From: a virus
Direction: 5' to 3' (one strand)
Length of the DNA stretch: 64,000 bases
Virus record (IMG/VR): IMGVR_UViG_3300020578_000040
Location: 17,367-81,366 of that record
Below are positions 1 to 8,533 of this stretch, piece by piece. The position numbers and the translations under genes were made by a program. The notes below the pieces were generated by a model. It had not been told where the DNA came from, did not search any database, and saw nothing but the letters and a program-made list of their open reading frames with translations. Numbering within the stretch: position 1 is the first letter of the stretch; each line of letters starts with the position of its first letter.

Positions 1-2
1 CA

Positions 3-98
3 CGAATGCTCGACGAGAAAGAAGCACGAGGCGAACTCGCCCGCGAGTGTGTCGAACTCGACTGGTTCGAGTTGGACGAAGAAGGAGAGATGATCTGA
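3..98 (+). CDS. partial hypothetical protein (5' end outside window)
   Basis: Open frame ...RMLDEKEARGELARECVELDWFELDEEGEMI* ending just before the next ATG. Confidence 0.6.
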   Translation, partial: RMLDEKEARGELARECVELDWFELDEEGEMI

Positions 99-101
99 AC
101 C

Positions 102-335
102 ATGTTCCGTGAACCAATCGAGGAGCCAGAGATGACCAAACTCAACCCCCAGGAGCGAGCCCTGCTCATCCTGAACAACGCCAAGCGTGACATCACCAAC
201 ATCATGGCTCTCCCCATGGAGGACTACGAGGTGATCGAACGGCAACTACGTGACTCGATCGCGTGGCTCATGTCGGGAAGCCGGCACAGGCCTCTGATCC
301 GCGTCGCCTTGACAAAGGGCGAAGAGCCCTTCTAA
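102..335 (+). CDS. hypothetical protein
   Basis: 77-aa ORF, GGAG upstream, GC3-rich codons. Confidence 0.7.
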   Translation: MFREPIEEPEMTKLNPQERALLILNNAKRDITNIMALPMEDYEVIERQLRDSIAWLMSGSRHRPLIRVALTKGEEPF

Positions 336-377
336 CATCAACCAACAGCAACACCCACCTATAGAAAGGAACTACAA

Positions 378-587
378 GTGGAAGCAACAGAAACCAAGAA
401 GAAGATCACCGATACGAACCTCGATGAGTTTAAGCACCGAATGGGCACCATCGACGTGGAGGGACTGATCGTCTCGATCACCGTGACGGACGCTCGATTC
501 CGCTACGGACACATCGACCTTAAGGTCACGCCCATCTCGGGCCGTGGCGAGCGTTGGGTCGAGAGCACCAAGGTGACTCTGATCTAA
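378..587 (+). CDS. hypothetical protein
   Basis: ACCTATAGAAAGGA RBS before the GTG start. Confidence 0.8.
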   Translation: MEATETKKKITDTNLDEFKHRMGTIDVEGLIVSITVTDARFRYGHIDLKVTPISGRGERWVESTKVTLI

Positions 588-815
588 TCAGAACAGAGTT
601 AGAGACATGTCAGGGGGGTTGTCTTTCAGATCAACACAGGTCTGACAGGCAACCCCGCCGATCATCTTCAGCATCTTCACATCGCCGGCATTGAGTTTGC
701 CCTTCTTCGTGATGCGGGTATAGCCCTCGATGCGCAGCCACACGTCCTTCTCAATCCGAAGAATGTCGCGGCCACACAGGTCGCACTGATACAGCGGGGG
801 AAGATGTCCGTCCAT
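588..815 (-). CDS. small Zn-binding hypothetical protein
   Basis: CDLC...CQTC motifs; stop abuts the convergent gene. Confidence 0.65.
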   Translation of the reverse strand: MDGHLPPLYQCDLCGRDILRIEKDVWLRIEGYTRITKKGKLNAGDVKMLKMIGGVACQTCVDLKDNPPDMSLTLF

Positions 816-831
816 CGCTCAATCGTATCGA

Positions 832-1064
832 AGCCCCGCACTCAACTCAAGACGGAAGCCCCGCTTTCCCAGGGGAGGAGTCTGTCTAGCGGGGCTGCGA
901 ATCGCTCGATCCTTACGGGGCTGCGGCGCGTAACCGAGGCCCTCGACGCCGGCCACCAACCGCGCGTATCCGACACCCGAGCACCGCGCGTATCCTGAAC
1001 CGCGCGTATGCGCACGCACGGTAGGCACATGGGCGCGTATGCGCTCGCGCGCGCGTGTGCGTGT
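832..1064. repeat. non-coding element A: nested AGCCCCGC/GCGGGGCT boxes plus CGCGCGTAT repeats
   Basis: Boxes at 832, 857, 888, 916; CGCGCGTAT at 961, 985, 1001; CACGGTAGGCACATG at 1017-1031. Confidence 0.8.
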
Positions 1065-1090
1065 TCCTCTCTCCCCCCTCCACGGAGCGT

Positions 1091-1253
1091 CGATTTGACA
1101 CGCTCACTACGGTCTGATAGGTTCAGTGTTGTCGGGGAAACCGACACCCCCGAATCCCCTCCACGGAGCGTCGATTTGACACGGCACACTGTGGGTGATA
1201 GGTTCGGGGTTGTCGGGGAAACCTGACGCTACCTACTACAGAAAGGAATCATC
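1091..1253 (+). promoter_or_regulatory. two tandem sigma-A-type early promoters, each followed by a stem-loop
   Basis: TTGACA-17-TAGGTT at 1095/1118 and 1176/1199; TGTCGG...CCGACA-type hairpins; ACCTACTACAGAAAGGA leader. Confidence 0.85.
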
Positions 1254-1775
1254 ATGATTTGTCGTTCATGCGACACGCCCGCAGTGGGCAAGAGTGCCTA
1301 CTGCTCCACTCACCGCGCCGAGGCACGGGCCGCGTGGAAGGCCAAGATCAGCGACGAGGCCGAGGCCCGCAAGGCCCGCAAGGCCGGTCACGCCGAACTC
1401 TGGTCGCGCGCCGTTCAGGCCGGTATCAAGGCGTGGCACGAAGCCATCCCCACCCCCATGCTCGTGGGCACGGCGAAGGGTCTGTTCGACGACTCGTTCG
1501 ACGAGACCAAACCCGTGTACCACGTGAGCGAGGGCGTGTGCGGTTTCGCGTCGCTCGTCGTGAAGCCCGCGAACTCGTCGTTCGCTCACTGGCTCAAGGC
1601 CAACGTGCGCACGAGCAAGCACTACGGCGGTGGCCTCTCCGTGTGGTCGTCCGTCATCGTGCCGGAGGACGCGCGCAGTCAGTCCTACGAGCGCAAGGAC
1701 GCGGCCATGCGCGCCGTGGCCGAGGTGCTCCGCGAGGCCGGTATCAAGGCCTCGTGCTGGAGCAGGCTCGACTGA
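1254..1775 (+). CDS. conserved phage hypothetical protein
   Basis: Strong RBS; N-terminal CxxC...C..H; GVCGFA and QSYERK...SRLD motifs recalled from phage early proteins. Confidence 0.85.
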   Translation: MICRSCDTPAVGKSAYCSTHRAEARAAWKAKISDEAEARKARKAGHAELWSRAVQAGIKAWHEAIPTPMLVGTAKGLFDDSFDETKPVYHVSEGVCGFASLVVKPANSSFAHWLKANVRTSKHYGGGLSVWSSVIVPEDARSQSYERKDAAMRAVAEVLREAGIKASCWSRLD

Positions 1776-1810
1776 GCGAGGGCGGGGGGCGCAAGCCCCC
1801 CACTCCCCCT

Positions 1811-1882
1811 CGATTTGACAGACCCACCTACCGCTGATAGATTCAGTGGTGGGAGCAATACCCCAACCAAGAAAGAGGAACA
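1811..1882 (+). promoter_or_regulatory. early promoter cassette
   Basis: CGATTTGACA-17-TAGATT, hairpin, AAAGAGGA RBS. Confidence 0.8.
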
Positions 1883-2248
1883 ATGACCATCACCAACATC
1901 ACGGGAACCGTGCTCATCGGACACGTGGGCGTGGACTCCGGCCAACTCATGATCTGCGACCCGTGCTACATCAAGGCCGACGACTGGGCCGACCAGCCGT
2001 ACGCCCCCGCAAACGCCGTGGACGGCAAGTACCCGTTCACCTACAACGGCGCGTGTGGCGCGACGCTCAATGAGGACAGTGCTGGGCAGTTGGGCACGTT
2101 CGATACCGGCATCGCGTTCGCATCGGGCTACGGCGACGGCACCTACCCCGTGTACGCCACGTACGTCGATGGGCGCATCGCCAGTGTCGAGATCGTGCTC
2201 ATCAGCGAGGACGAGGACGACGAGGACGAGGAGGAGTACCTCCTCTGA
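1883..2248 (+). CDS. DUF4241-like protein
   Basis: VDSGQLMICDP and SGYGDGTYPVY motifs; acidic tail. Confidence 0.75.
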   Translation: MTITNITGTVLIGHVGVDSGQLMICDPCYIKADDWADQPYAPANAVDGKYPFTYNGACGATLNEDSAGQLGTFDTGIAFASGYGDGTYPVYATYVDGRIASVEIVLISEDEDDEDEEEYLL

Positions 2249-2322
2249 TTTGACAGCGACCCCTGCCCCTGATAGATTCAGGGGTGGGGGAAGCAATACC
2301 CATCAGCAACAGAAAGGAAATC
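2246..2322 (+). promoter_or_regulatory. early promoter cassette
   Basis: TTGACA(2250)-17-TAGATT(2273); AGAAAGGA RBS. Confidence 0.8.
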
Positions 2323-2598
2323 ATGACCACCATCACCACCATCAAGCAACGGAACATCGACGCCGGCCACTACTTCTTCGACACAAAGGCCATGCGGTTC
2401 TTCAACAGTCGCGTGAGTCGCACCACCTACGGCGACTTCTTCGTGACCAGCGAGAAAGGCCCCGACAAGGTGCGCCGGTACACGGTGCGCTACAGCGACC
2501 CCGCCACCGGCCACATCAACACGGTCGGAGAGTTCCAGCAGTTCGACACGCTGTGGGGCGCGCTCGCGGAAGCGCGACGCCTCTACCTCGCGATCTGA
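2323..2598 (+). CDS. conserved phage hypothetical protein
   Basis: ATG after AGAAAGGA; FFDTKAMRFFNSRV motif. Confidence 0.8.
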   Translation: MTTITTIKQRNIDAGHYFFDTKAMRFFNSRVSRTTYGDFFVTSEKGPDKVRRYTVRYSDPATGHINTVGEFQQFDTLWGALAEARRLYLAI

Positions 2599-2840
2599 TC
2601 GTGCGCTCGTTGTCGGCTCCGTGGCTCTGGTCGTTCGTCGTCGTGTACGAAGGACGCCCAGAGTCGAGGTTCCGGTTTGGCTCCCCCTGCCGGCTTGTGC
2701 GTTCCGTTGATCTTGCCGTGCATGTGTTACTGCCCGAACTTCTGACACCGCATCTTCCGATCCTGGCGTGCTACCTCCGTTCGACTTCCCCTAGATGGGG
2801 TCGAGCGTGGCGTCGCTGGTAGACCCAAATGGCCAGTTGC

Positions 2841-2927
2841 TGATTTGACAACCTGTCCCTGCCACCACTAGGATTAGTGGTGGTGGGGGCAACCCAACCA
2901 AATACCTACTACAGAAAGGAATCCCCA
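2841..2927 (+). promoter_or_regulatory. early promoter cassette
   Basis: TTGACA(2845)-18-TAGGAT; GCAA-loop hairpin; TACCTACTACAGAAAGGA. Confidence 0.8.
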
Positions 2928-3392
2928 ATGGGACTCGATCAGTACCTACACGCAAAGAAATACACCTCGCCCGCCGAATGGCGACCCGAGGCCGAGCGCA
3001 AGGCTTACGCCGACATCATGAAGGCGGTGCAAGTCAGCGAGTTCATGGATGACCACTTGCCCTCCGCAACCGTCGAAGTGATGGTGGCCTACTGGCGCAA
3101 GCAGAACGCCATCCACAAGTGGTTCGTGGACAACCATCAGGGTGGCGAGGACGACTGCCGTGAGTCCTACGTCGGACGTCAGGGGCTGGAAAGCCTGCGC
3201 GACGTCTGTCGCGAGGTGCTGGCCGACCACTCGAAGGCCGACGAACTCCTGCCCACGGAGTCCGGGTTCTTCTTCGGTGGCACGGAGTACGACAAGTGGT
3301 ACTTCGATGGGCTGGCCTACACGGTCGAGCGTATCGAGAAGTTGCTCACCATGCCCGACGACTGGGACTTCTACTACCAGTCATCGTGGTGA
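2928..3392 (+). CDS. conserved phage hypothetical protein
   Basis: MGLDQYL...YWRKQNAIHKWF...GFFFG...YYQSSW signature. Confidence 0.85.
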   Translation: MGLDQYLHAKKYTSPAEWRPEAERKAYADIMKAVQVSEFMDDHLPSATVEVMVAYWRKQNAIHKWFVDNHQGGEDDCRESYVGRQGLESLRDVCREVLADHSKADELLPTESGFFFGGTEYDKWYFDGLAYTVERIEKLLTMPDDWDFYYQSSW

Positions 3393-3400
3393 CCCGCTCA

Positions 3401-3428
3401 GGGGTCGGTCTCTTCGGAGGCCGACCCC
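3401..3428 (+). other. stable intergenic hairpin with C(UUCG)G tetraloop
   Basis: GGGGTCGGTCTC-TTCG-GAGGCCGACCCC; no U-tract. Confidence 0.7.
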
Positions 3429-3463
3429 ACCATCATCTACAAACACAGAAACAGGAGAATGAA

Positions 3464-3628
3464 ATGACACTCACCGAATGCGACGTCCAGCGGATCGAAG
3501 ACCTGCTGAAGGAACTCCCCGCCATGATCGAAGAGCATGGATACCCGTATGCGCTAGGCGGTGCTGAGTATTGGCTGAAGCGCATCGTCGAATTGTCCGC
3601 GCACCAGAAGAAAGGAATTGGGCAATGA
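3464..3628 (+). CDS. hypothetical protein (54 aa)
   Basis: AGGAG RBS; ATGA overlap with whiB. Confidence 0.7.
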   Translation: MTLTECDVQRIEDLLKELPAMIEEHGYPYALGGAEYWLKRIVELSAHQKKGIGQ

Positions 3629-3849
3629 ACAACGAGGAAGCCAAGTGCAAGGGCAAGGGCAAAATCTTCTTCGCCCCTCACGCAGAGCGACCCCAGGCCC
3701 GCGTCCGTCGCGAGGCCATCGCCATCGCCCTCTGCCTGTCGTGCCCACTCGTCGATGAGTGTCGAGTGGCTGGCGCGAATGAGGAGCACGGCATCTGGGG
3801 TGGCACCACCGAGCGCGACCGCGGAATGGTCAAGGAGCGAGCCCGCTAA
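3625..3849 (+). CDS. whiB: WhiB-family transcription factor
   Basis: C...CxxC...C cysteines and GIWGG turn motif. Confidence 0.9.
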   Translation: MNNEEAKCKGKGKIFFAPHAERPQARVRREAIAIALCLSCPLVDECRVAGANEEHGIWGGTTERDRGMVKERAR

Positions 3850-3864
3850 ATAGCCAGCCATTAT

Positions 3865-3880
3865 CCGAACAAATGTTCGG
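3865..3880. promoter_or_regulatory. putative LexA (SOS) box, actinobacterial/Gram-positive type
   Basis: CCGAAC-AAAT-GTTCGG matches CGAAC-N4-GTTCG. Confidence 0.55.
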
Positions 3881-3923
3881 GTGTTGCTGGATGACGGCCG
3901 GCGTTCTCGGTTAGGGTGTGCTC

Positions 3924-3995
3924 GACGCACAACCTCCATGTGTGTCCGAGAGCCCCGCCGTTTCTTTCCTCCTTTCTGGACGGCGGGGCTTCTCG
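3924..3995 (+). ncRNA. candidate small RNA with two anti-Shine-Dalgarno hairpin loops
   Basis: GACGCACA-ACCTCCA-TGTGTGTC and AGCCCCGCCGTT-TCTTTCCTCCTTTCTG-GACGGCGGGGCT; G-U pairs favour the + strand. Confidence 0.45.
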
Positions 3996-4003
3996 TATTC
4001 TGG

Positions 4004-4217
4004 AGCCCCGCACACTGCGCTGCCCTGGAGCCCCGCTCGCACTCGATCCAGCGGGGCTCGCGCGGCCACGGACCAGCGGGGCTGCGGCGTTCGCGCGTAT
4101 GTCTTACGCGGCCTCACGATTCGCGCGTATGTAATGGGCCGGCAGATTCGCGCGTATGTCTCCCACTTCGCGCGTATGTAGGCCACGGTAGGCACATGAC
4201 GATCCACGCGCGCGTAA
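4004..4217. repeat. non-coding element B (paralog of element A)
   Basis: Boxes at 4004, 4029, 4050, 4075; four TTCGCGCGTATGT; CACGGTAGGCACATG at 4184-4198. Confidence 0.8.
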
Positions 4218-4234
4218 TCTTTGTGGTGTCCCCT

Positions 4235-4529
4235 CGATTTGACAGAGGGTGGCAGGGCTGATAGGTTTGGGTTTGTCGGGGCAACTCGACACCAAGCCAA
4301 CTCGATTTGACCAGCCCTGTATGGTCTGATAGAGTTCGGTTTGTCGGGGCAACTCGGCAGGCCTGCTATGACGCACTATCTAAGTGACTCGCCCGATTTG
4401 ACGGTGACTCACCCACCTGATAGATTCAGGTTTGTCGAGTTCTCCCGACACCTAGCCGATTCGATTTGACAGGCTCACACCTGTCCGATAGATTCGGAAA
4501 CGCAATACCTACTACCGAAAGGAATACCA
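4235..4529 (+). promoter_or_regulatory. array of four tandem early promoters with stem-loops
   Basis: -35 at 4239, 4307, 4398, 4466, each 17 bp from a TAG(G/A)(T/G)T -10. Confidence 0.85.
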
Positions 4530-4919
4530 ATGTCCCTTACCATCGACCGTGCTATTGCCGATCTCTTGGTTCTCCGTGACAAGGAGAAGGAGATCGAGCA
4601 GGCCAAGCGAGACACGGAGGCTCTGCTCGTCGCCCTGTTCGACGACGCAGGAATCGACCACTACGAGACCACCGACAAGGTGCGTGTCGCCGTGGAGAAC
4701 CGTCCCCGTCGCTCATTCGACATGGACAGTCTGCTGGCGAACCTGCCGGCGACCGTCCTCAACATGGTGCTGAAGCAGACCGTCGATTCGTCGGCGTTCG
4801 ACAGTGCCGTGGAGACCGGCCTCGTCCCGACCCCCGTGGTCGAGCAGGCCGTCACGATCTCGTATTCCACGCAAGTGCGTGTGTACGGGCAGAAGGGTGT
4901 TCGGGGCGACCGCTCCTGA
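4530..4919 (+). CDS. hypothetical protein
   Basis: GAAAGGA RBS; N-terminal coiled coil. Confidence 0.8.
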   Translation: MSLTIDRAIADLLVLRDKEKEIEQAKRDTEALLVALFDDAGIDHYETTDKVRVAVENRPRRSFDMDSLLANLPATVLNMVLKQTVDSSAFDSAVETGLVPTPVVEQAVTISYSTQVRVYGQKGVRGDRS

Positions 4920-4935
4920 CACCCCTCACAACCTG

Positions 4936-4962
4936 ACATTTGGTCATGTCAGGCTCCTTTCC
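4936..4962 (+). terminator. putative terminator hairpin
   Basis: CCTGACAT-TTGGTC-ATGTCAGG followed by CTCCTTT. Confidence 0.45.
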
Positions 4963-4981
4963 GCATGACCCCTCACCCCGT

Positions 4982-5064
4982 CGATTTGACAGGGGTGGGG
5001 GGAATGTGGGAGACTTCATTCGGAGCCAACCACTCCACCTACCTACTACCGAAAGGCAAACTCA
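4982..5064 (+). promoter_or_regulatory. early promoter cassette (variant -10)
   Basis: CGATTTGACA-18-GAGACT; ACCTACCTACTACCGAAAGG leader. Confidence 0.65.
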
Positions 5065-5790
5065 ATGACCACCACCAATACCGCCATGCCTCAGTGCTGG
5101 CAAGATGTACACGACTGCCTCGCCTCGGGTGTCGATCGCCTCGTGCTGTTCGGCCCTCCGGGGACTGGCAAGACCTTCGCCGGTCTCACGATGGGCGATG
5201 TAACCACCGGAGCGTTCCGCGTCGTCTGTAACGAGGAGATGACCTCGGCCGATGTGACCGGACACTTCCAGCCCACGGGCAACGAGTGGACTTGGAACGA
5301 GGGCGCGGTTCTCCGTGCTTGGAAGGGCAACGGCTCTCACGGCGGTCGCGTCGTGGCAGACGAGATCGACCGTGCGTCGGGCGATGTGTTGTCGCTCCTG
5401 CTCGCCATGTTCGACTCGCCGGAGTCGGCCTCTTGGACGCACCCTGCGACCAAGCAGACCTTCCGTCCCCTCCCCGGATTCAGCGTCATCATGACGACGA
5501 ACATCGAGGACATGAGGGAACTCCCGACCGCTCTCAGGGATCGGTTCCCCGTGGCTATTCGTATCAACCGCCCACACCCGAACGCCCTGTTGGCCCTGCC
5601 GGAGGACTTGCGTGAGGTGGCCTCAGCCAGCGTGGACGCAGACGACGAGCGACGGTACTCGATTCGTACCTTCCAGTCATACGCCAAGTTGCGTGGAACG
5701 CTGGGTTCGGAGCGAGCCGCGACGCTGGTGTTCGGCAAGAACGCCAAGTCCATCATGGACGCCATCAAGATCGAGGAGGTCTCCAAGTGA
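5065..5790 (+). CDS. MoxR/CobS-like AAA+ ATPase
   Basis: Walker A GPPGTGKT, Walker B VVADEIDR, sensor TTN, ALRDRF arginine finger. Confidence 0.9.
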   Translation: MTTTNTAMPQCWQDVHDCLASGVDRLVLFGPPGTGKTFAGLTMGDVTTGAFRVVCNEEMTSADVTGHFQPTGNEWTWNEGAVLRAWKGNGSHGGRVVADEIDRASGDVLSLLLAMFDSPESASWTHPATKQTFRPLPGFSVIMTTNIEDMRELPTALRDRFPVAIRINRPHPNALLALPEDLREVASASVDADDERRYSIRTFQSYAKLRGTLGSERAATLVFGKNAKSIMDAIKIEEVSK

Positions 5791-7256
5791 CCACCAAGAT
5801 CAACGCTGGTGTGGTCACCCCCAAGGGGGTGGCCATGCCGGAGTGGCTCACTCGTGAGGACTCCCCCCAAGGCCCGTGGACTGTCAAGGAAGGCAACGCC
5901 ACTCGTGGCGAGGCGTTCACCAACCGTATCGAGCGTCTCATGACGGTTCCCTACGGCGACGACGACCTCTCCCGTGCGGTTCGCGCCCACGAGATGATGC
6001 ACGCCAAGGTGTCCCCGGAGTCGATGGCTTCGTTCGACGGGTTCTCGATTTCGCCGGAGGCCATTCGGGCTTCGGAGGAATTTCGTGTGAACACGCTCTG
6101 CTCGCTCGCCGGCTTCGACATGGACAATCTGCGTGACGGGTCGGAGTCACAGACTGGCAAGCGACTGGCCGAGAACAAGGACTGGAACAACACCGTCCTG
6201 TTCATCGCGGCTACCGCCGGAACCAAGGCCTGCAAGGATGTGCTTCGTGGTATGCGTACCGTGAGTCCCGAAATGGCTGACAAGGCCAAGCGTGTCGAGA
6301 AGGCTCTGCTCGATTCGTGGAAGTCCGAGATCAAGCGTTTCGGCCCTGTGCGTGACTCTCGTGCGGTCACCTACGCTCGTCGTGAGATGGCTAGCACCAC
6401 GCCCGTGGTCTACAAGGCGGACGGCACGCCGTCTCGTCCCGTCAATCACGACACCGTTCTTGCCGAGGGCGAGCGCATCCTCCCTGAGGGGGCGAAGTTC
6501 ACGCTCAGGTTTGCTTCGCTCGTGGACGCTCTACTCAAATACGACGACTCCGTGGACGGACACGAAGGCGACGGCGAGCCGAGCGACGAGGAACTCGACG
6601 CTGTGACCAAGACGGCCGGTGGCAAGACTTGGGCGCGACTCATCGTCGATCGTTCGGTTCCGCTGACTCGTCGAGTCAAGGGCAACCTCGGTCGTCGGCG
6701 TATGGCCACCAACATCGGTGTCTCGCCTCGTCGAATGGAGCGACTGCTGACCGACCCCGACAAGCGTGTGTTCGACCGCACGATCAAGGGGCAGGGCGGT
6801 GTCGTTCTCATCGACCAGTCCGGCTCGATGAGGCTGAACGACGACGATGTGATGGCTCTCGTGAACGAGGCTCCCGGCTGTGTGGTCGTGGGCTACTCGC
6901 ACCGACCCAACTCGTCGGGTGTCCCGAATGTGTGGATTCTCGCCGACCGTGGCAAGGTCTGTAGCGCGGTTCGCTCCGGCAACGGTGGCAACGGCGTGGA
7001 CTACCCTGCCTTGGTGTTCGCCAACAAACTTCGCAAGAAGGGCGAGCCGTTGGTGTGGGTCTGCGACGGTCATGTCACGGTGTCCGATGACGGGTTCGCA
7101 CCTGCTCCGCTTCGCAAGCAGGTGGCCGGCTTCGTTCGCAAGAATCAGGTTCACATGGTTCCGACCGTGGGTGAGGCTGTGACTGCGTTGCGACGCGCCA
7201 AGTCGGGCGTTCGTCTCACGACCAAGATCGTCGGTTCGGAACTCTCCGCGTCCTGA
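5787..7256 (+). CDS. VWA-domain protein with HExxH motif (CobT-like ATPase partner)
   Basis: HEMMH; MIDAS DQSGS; coupled to the AAA gene. Confidence 0.8.
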   Translation: MTTKINAGVVTPKGVAMPEWLTREDSPQGPWTVKEGNATRGEAFTNRIERLMTVPYGDDDLSRAVRAHEMMHAKVSPESMASFDGFSISPEAIRASEEFRVNTLCSLAGFDMDNLRDGSESQTGKRLAENKDWNNTVLFIAATAGTKACKDVLRGMRTVSPEMADKAKRVEKALLDSWKSEIKRFGPVRDSRAVTYARREMASTTPVVYKADGTPSRPVNHDTVLAEGERILPEGAKFTLRFASLVDALLKYDDSVDGHEGDGEPSDEELDAVTKTAGGKTWARLIVDRSVPLTRRVKGNLGRRRMATNIGVSPRRMERLLTDPDKRVFDRTIKGQGGVVLIDQSGSMRLNDDDVMALVNEAPGCVVVGYSHRPNSSGVPNVWILADRGKVCSAVRSGNGGNGVDYPALVFANKLRKKGEPLVWVCDGHVTVSDDGFAPAPLRKQVAGFVRKNQVHMVPTVGEAVTALRRAKSGVRLTTKIVGSELSAS

Positions 7257-7307
7257 CCGCGAGAGGGGTGGGGCAGGGTTTGTTCTCCTTGTCCCCACCC
7301 CACCCCT

Positions 7308-7394
7308 CGATTTGACCCAGCCTCACCGCTGGTGTAGGATCGAGTTTGTGGGGAAACCCACACCTATCAAGTACCTACCTACAAAGGAGTCATC
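7308..7394 (+). promoter_or_regulatory. early promoter cassette
   Basis: TTGACC(7312)-17-TAGGAT; TGTGGG-GAAA-CCCACA hairpin; TACCTACCTACAAAGGAG. Confidence 0.8.
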
Positions 7395-8171
7395 ATGCCG
7401 AACTGGGCATACAACTCGATGACCGTCCGCTCGACTTCCGAGTCCAAGCAGACTGCCATCCACGACCTTCAGGAGTTCCTGGAGTTCATCAAGGTCACCG
7501 ACCCCGAGACTGGGGCTATCAGTTACGACCTGACCAAAGCACACCCTATGCCCGAGGCACTCATGGGCACTCGCTCACCTGTCCCCTACTCGCCTGAACC
7601 GCACCCCAATTGGGTCGAGATGTTGGCGGAGGGACAGATGACGCAGGAGCGTTTCGACGAACTCTGTGCCGAGAACATCAAGTTCTACGAGGCTGGGCAG
7701 AAGGCATACGCCGAGACCGGCTACACCGACTGGTACGACTGGGCGAACAAGGAGTGGGGAACCAAGTGGGCACCTCGCTTCGAGCACAACGACCCCGAGT
7801 TGGACGAGGAGCACGAACAGGTCTCGATGTACTACGAGACTGCGTGGTCGCCGGCAGATGGGCTGGTTTCCAAGATGAGCGAACGCTTCCCGAACTTGGT
7901 GTTCGAGGTGTCCGTGACAGAGGAAGCAAACCTGTATGTCGGTGCGTCGCACTTCCACAACGGCGTGGCGACGATGTTCTACACCTCGTTCGATGACAAG
8001 GATTTGCCCGACCGCTACACGAAGCGGTACGCCGAGATTGTCGAACACGAGGCGAAAGACGACATCGACTGGGATTCCTACTTCGAGAAGATGAGTGACC
8101 TCCAGTCCGATGTTCTCGAATACTGCGAGAATCAGATTGCGCTCATGGCCTCATTTGAGGTGGGGTCATGA
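7395..8171 (+). CDS. DUF1281/YubB-like ferredoxin-fold protein
   Basis: MPNW start, WYDW...WGTKW and ETAWSP motifs. Confidence 0.8.
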   Translation: MPNWAYNSMTVRSTSESKQTAIHDLQEFLEFIKVTDPETGAISYDLTKAHPMPEALMGTRSPVPYSPEPHPNWVEMLAEGQMTQERFDELCAENIKFYEAGQKAYAETGYTDWYDWANKEWGTKWAPRFEHNDPELDEEHEQVSMYYETAWSPADGLVSKMSERFPNLVFEVSVTEEANLYVGASHFHNGVATMFYTSFDDKDLPDRYTKRYAEIVEHEAKDDIDWDSYFEKMSDLQSDVLEYCENQIALMASFEVGS

Positions 8172-8533
8172 GTGCCGACCTGACTATCGCCATGGCTCCG
8201 ATTGTCAAGACCAAGGACGAGGCAATCATCAAACTCAAATCCATGGAACCCGAGGTTCTGCTCCATGTTCTATCCGAGTATTTCGCCCGTGAGTTTGATG
8301 AGGCGACCGACGAGGAGGAGTATGCCGAGGCGGTCTCCTATGTCATCGGCAAGATCGAAGAGGTGTACTCGTACTACGAGCATGGCTCTCGTGACACGGA
8401 GGTGCGGAGGATCAACGGAACCGACTGGTTGATTACCGGAGGTTTGTCGTGGGGCGATGACCCAACGGACGCATACGAGCCGGTGTCCATCGTTTCAGGA
8501 CTACAACTGACGCACGACGAGGAGAGTTCATGA
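8168..8533 (+). CDS. hypothetical protein
   Basis: ATGA-coupled; ITGGLSWGDDPT motif. Confidence 0.75.
   Translation: MSADLTIAMAPIVKTKDEAIIKLKSMEPEVLLHVLSEYFAREFDEATDEEEYAEAVSYVIGKIEEVYSYYEHGSRDTEVRRINGTDWLITGGLSWGDDPTDAYEPVSIVSGLQLTHDEESS

Noticed and set aside
804-1226. Several overlapping ORFs across element A (likewise 3881-4376)
   Set aside because: Arg/Ala-rich translations of regulatory repeats with no RBS
2599-2840. Possible small gene in this gap
   Set aside because: No frame with both a good start/RBS and typical codon usage
3433-3939. 168-aa - strand ORF with AGAAAGGAGG upstream
   Set aside because: The SD is too far from the ATG and the ORF is antisense to whiB
4235-4500. CRISPR-like array
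   Set aside because: The conserved parts are -35/-10 boxes at 17-bp spacing, and unit lengths are irregular
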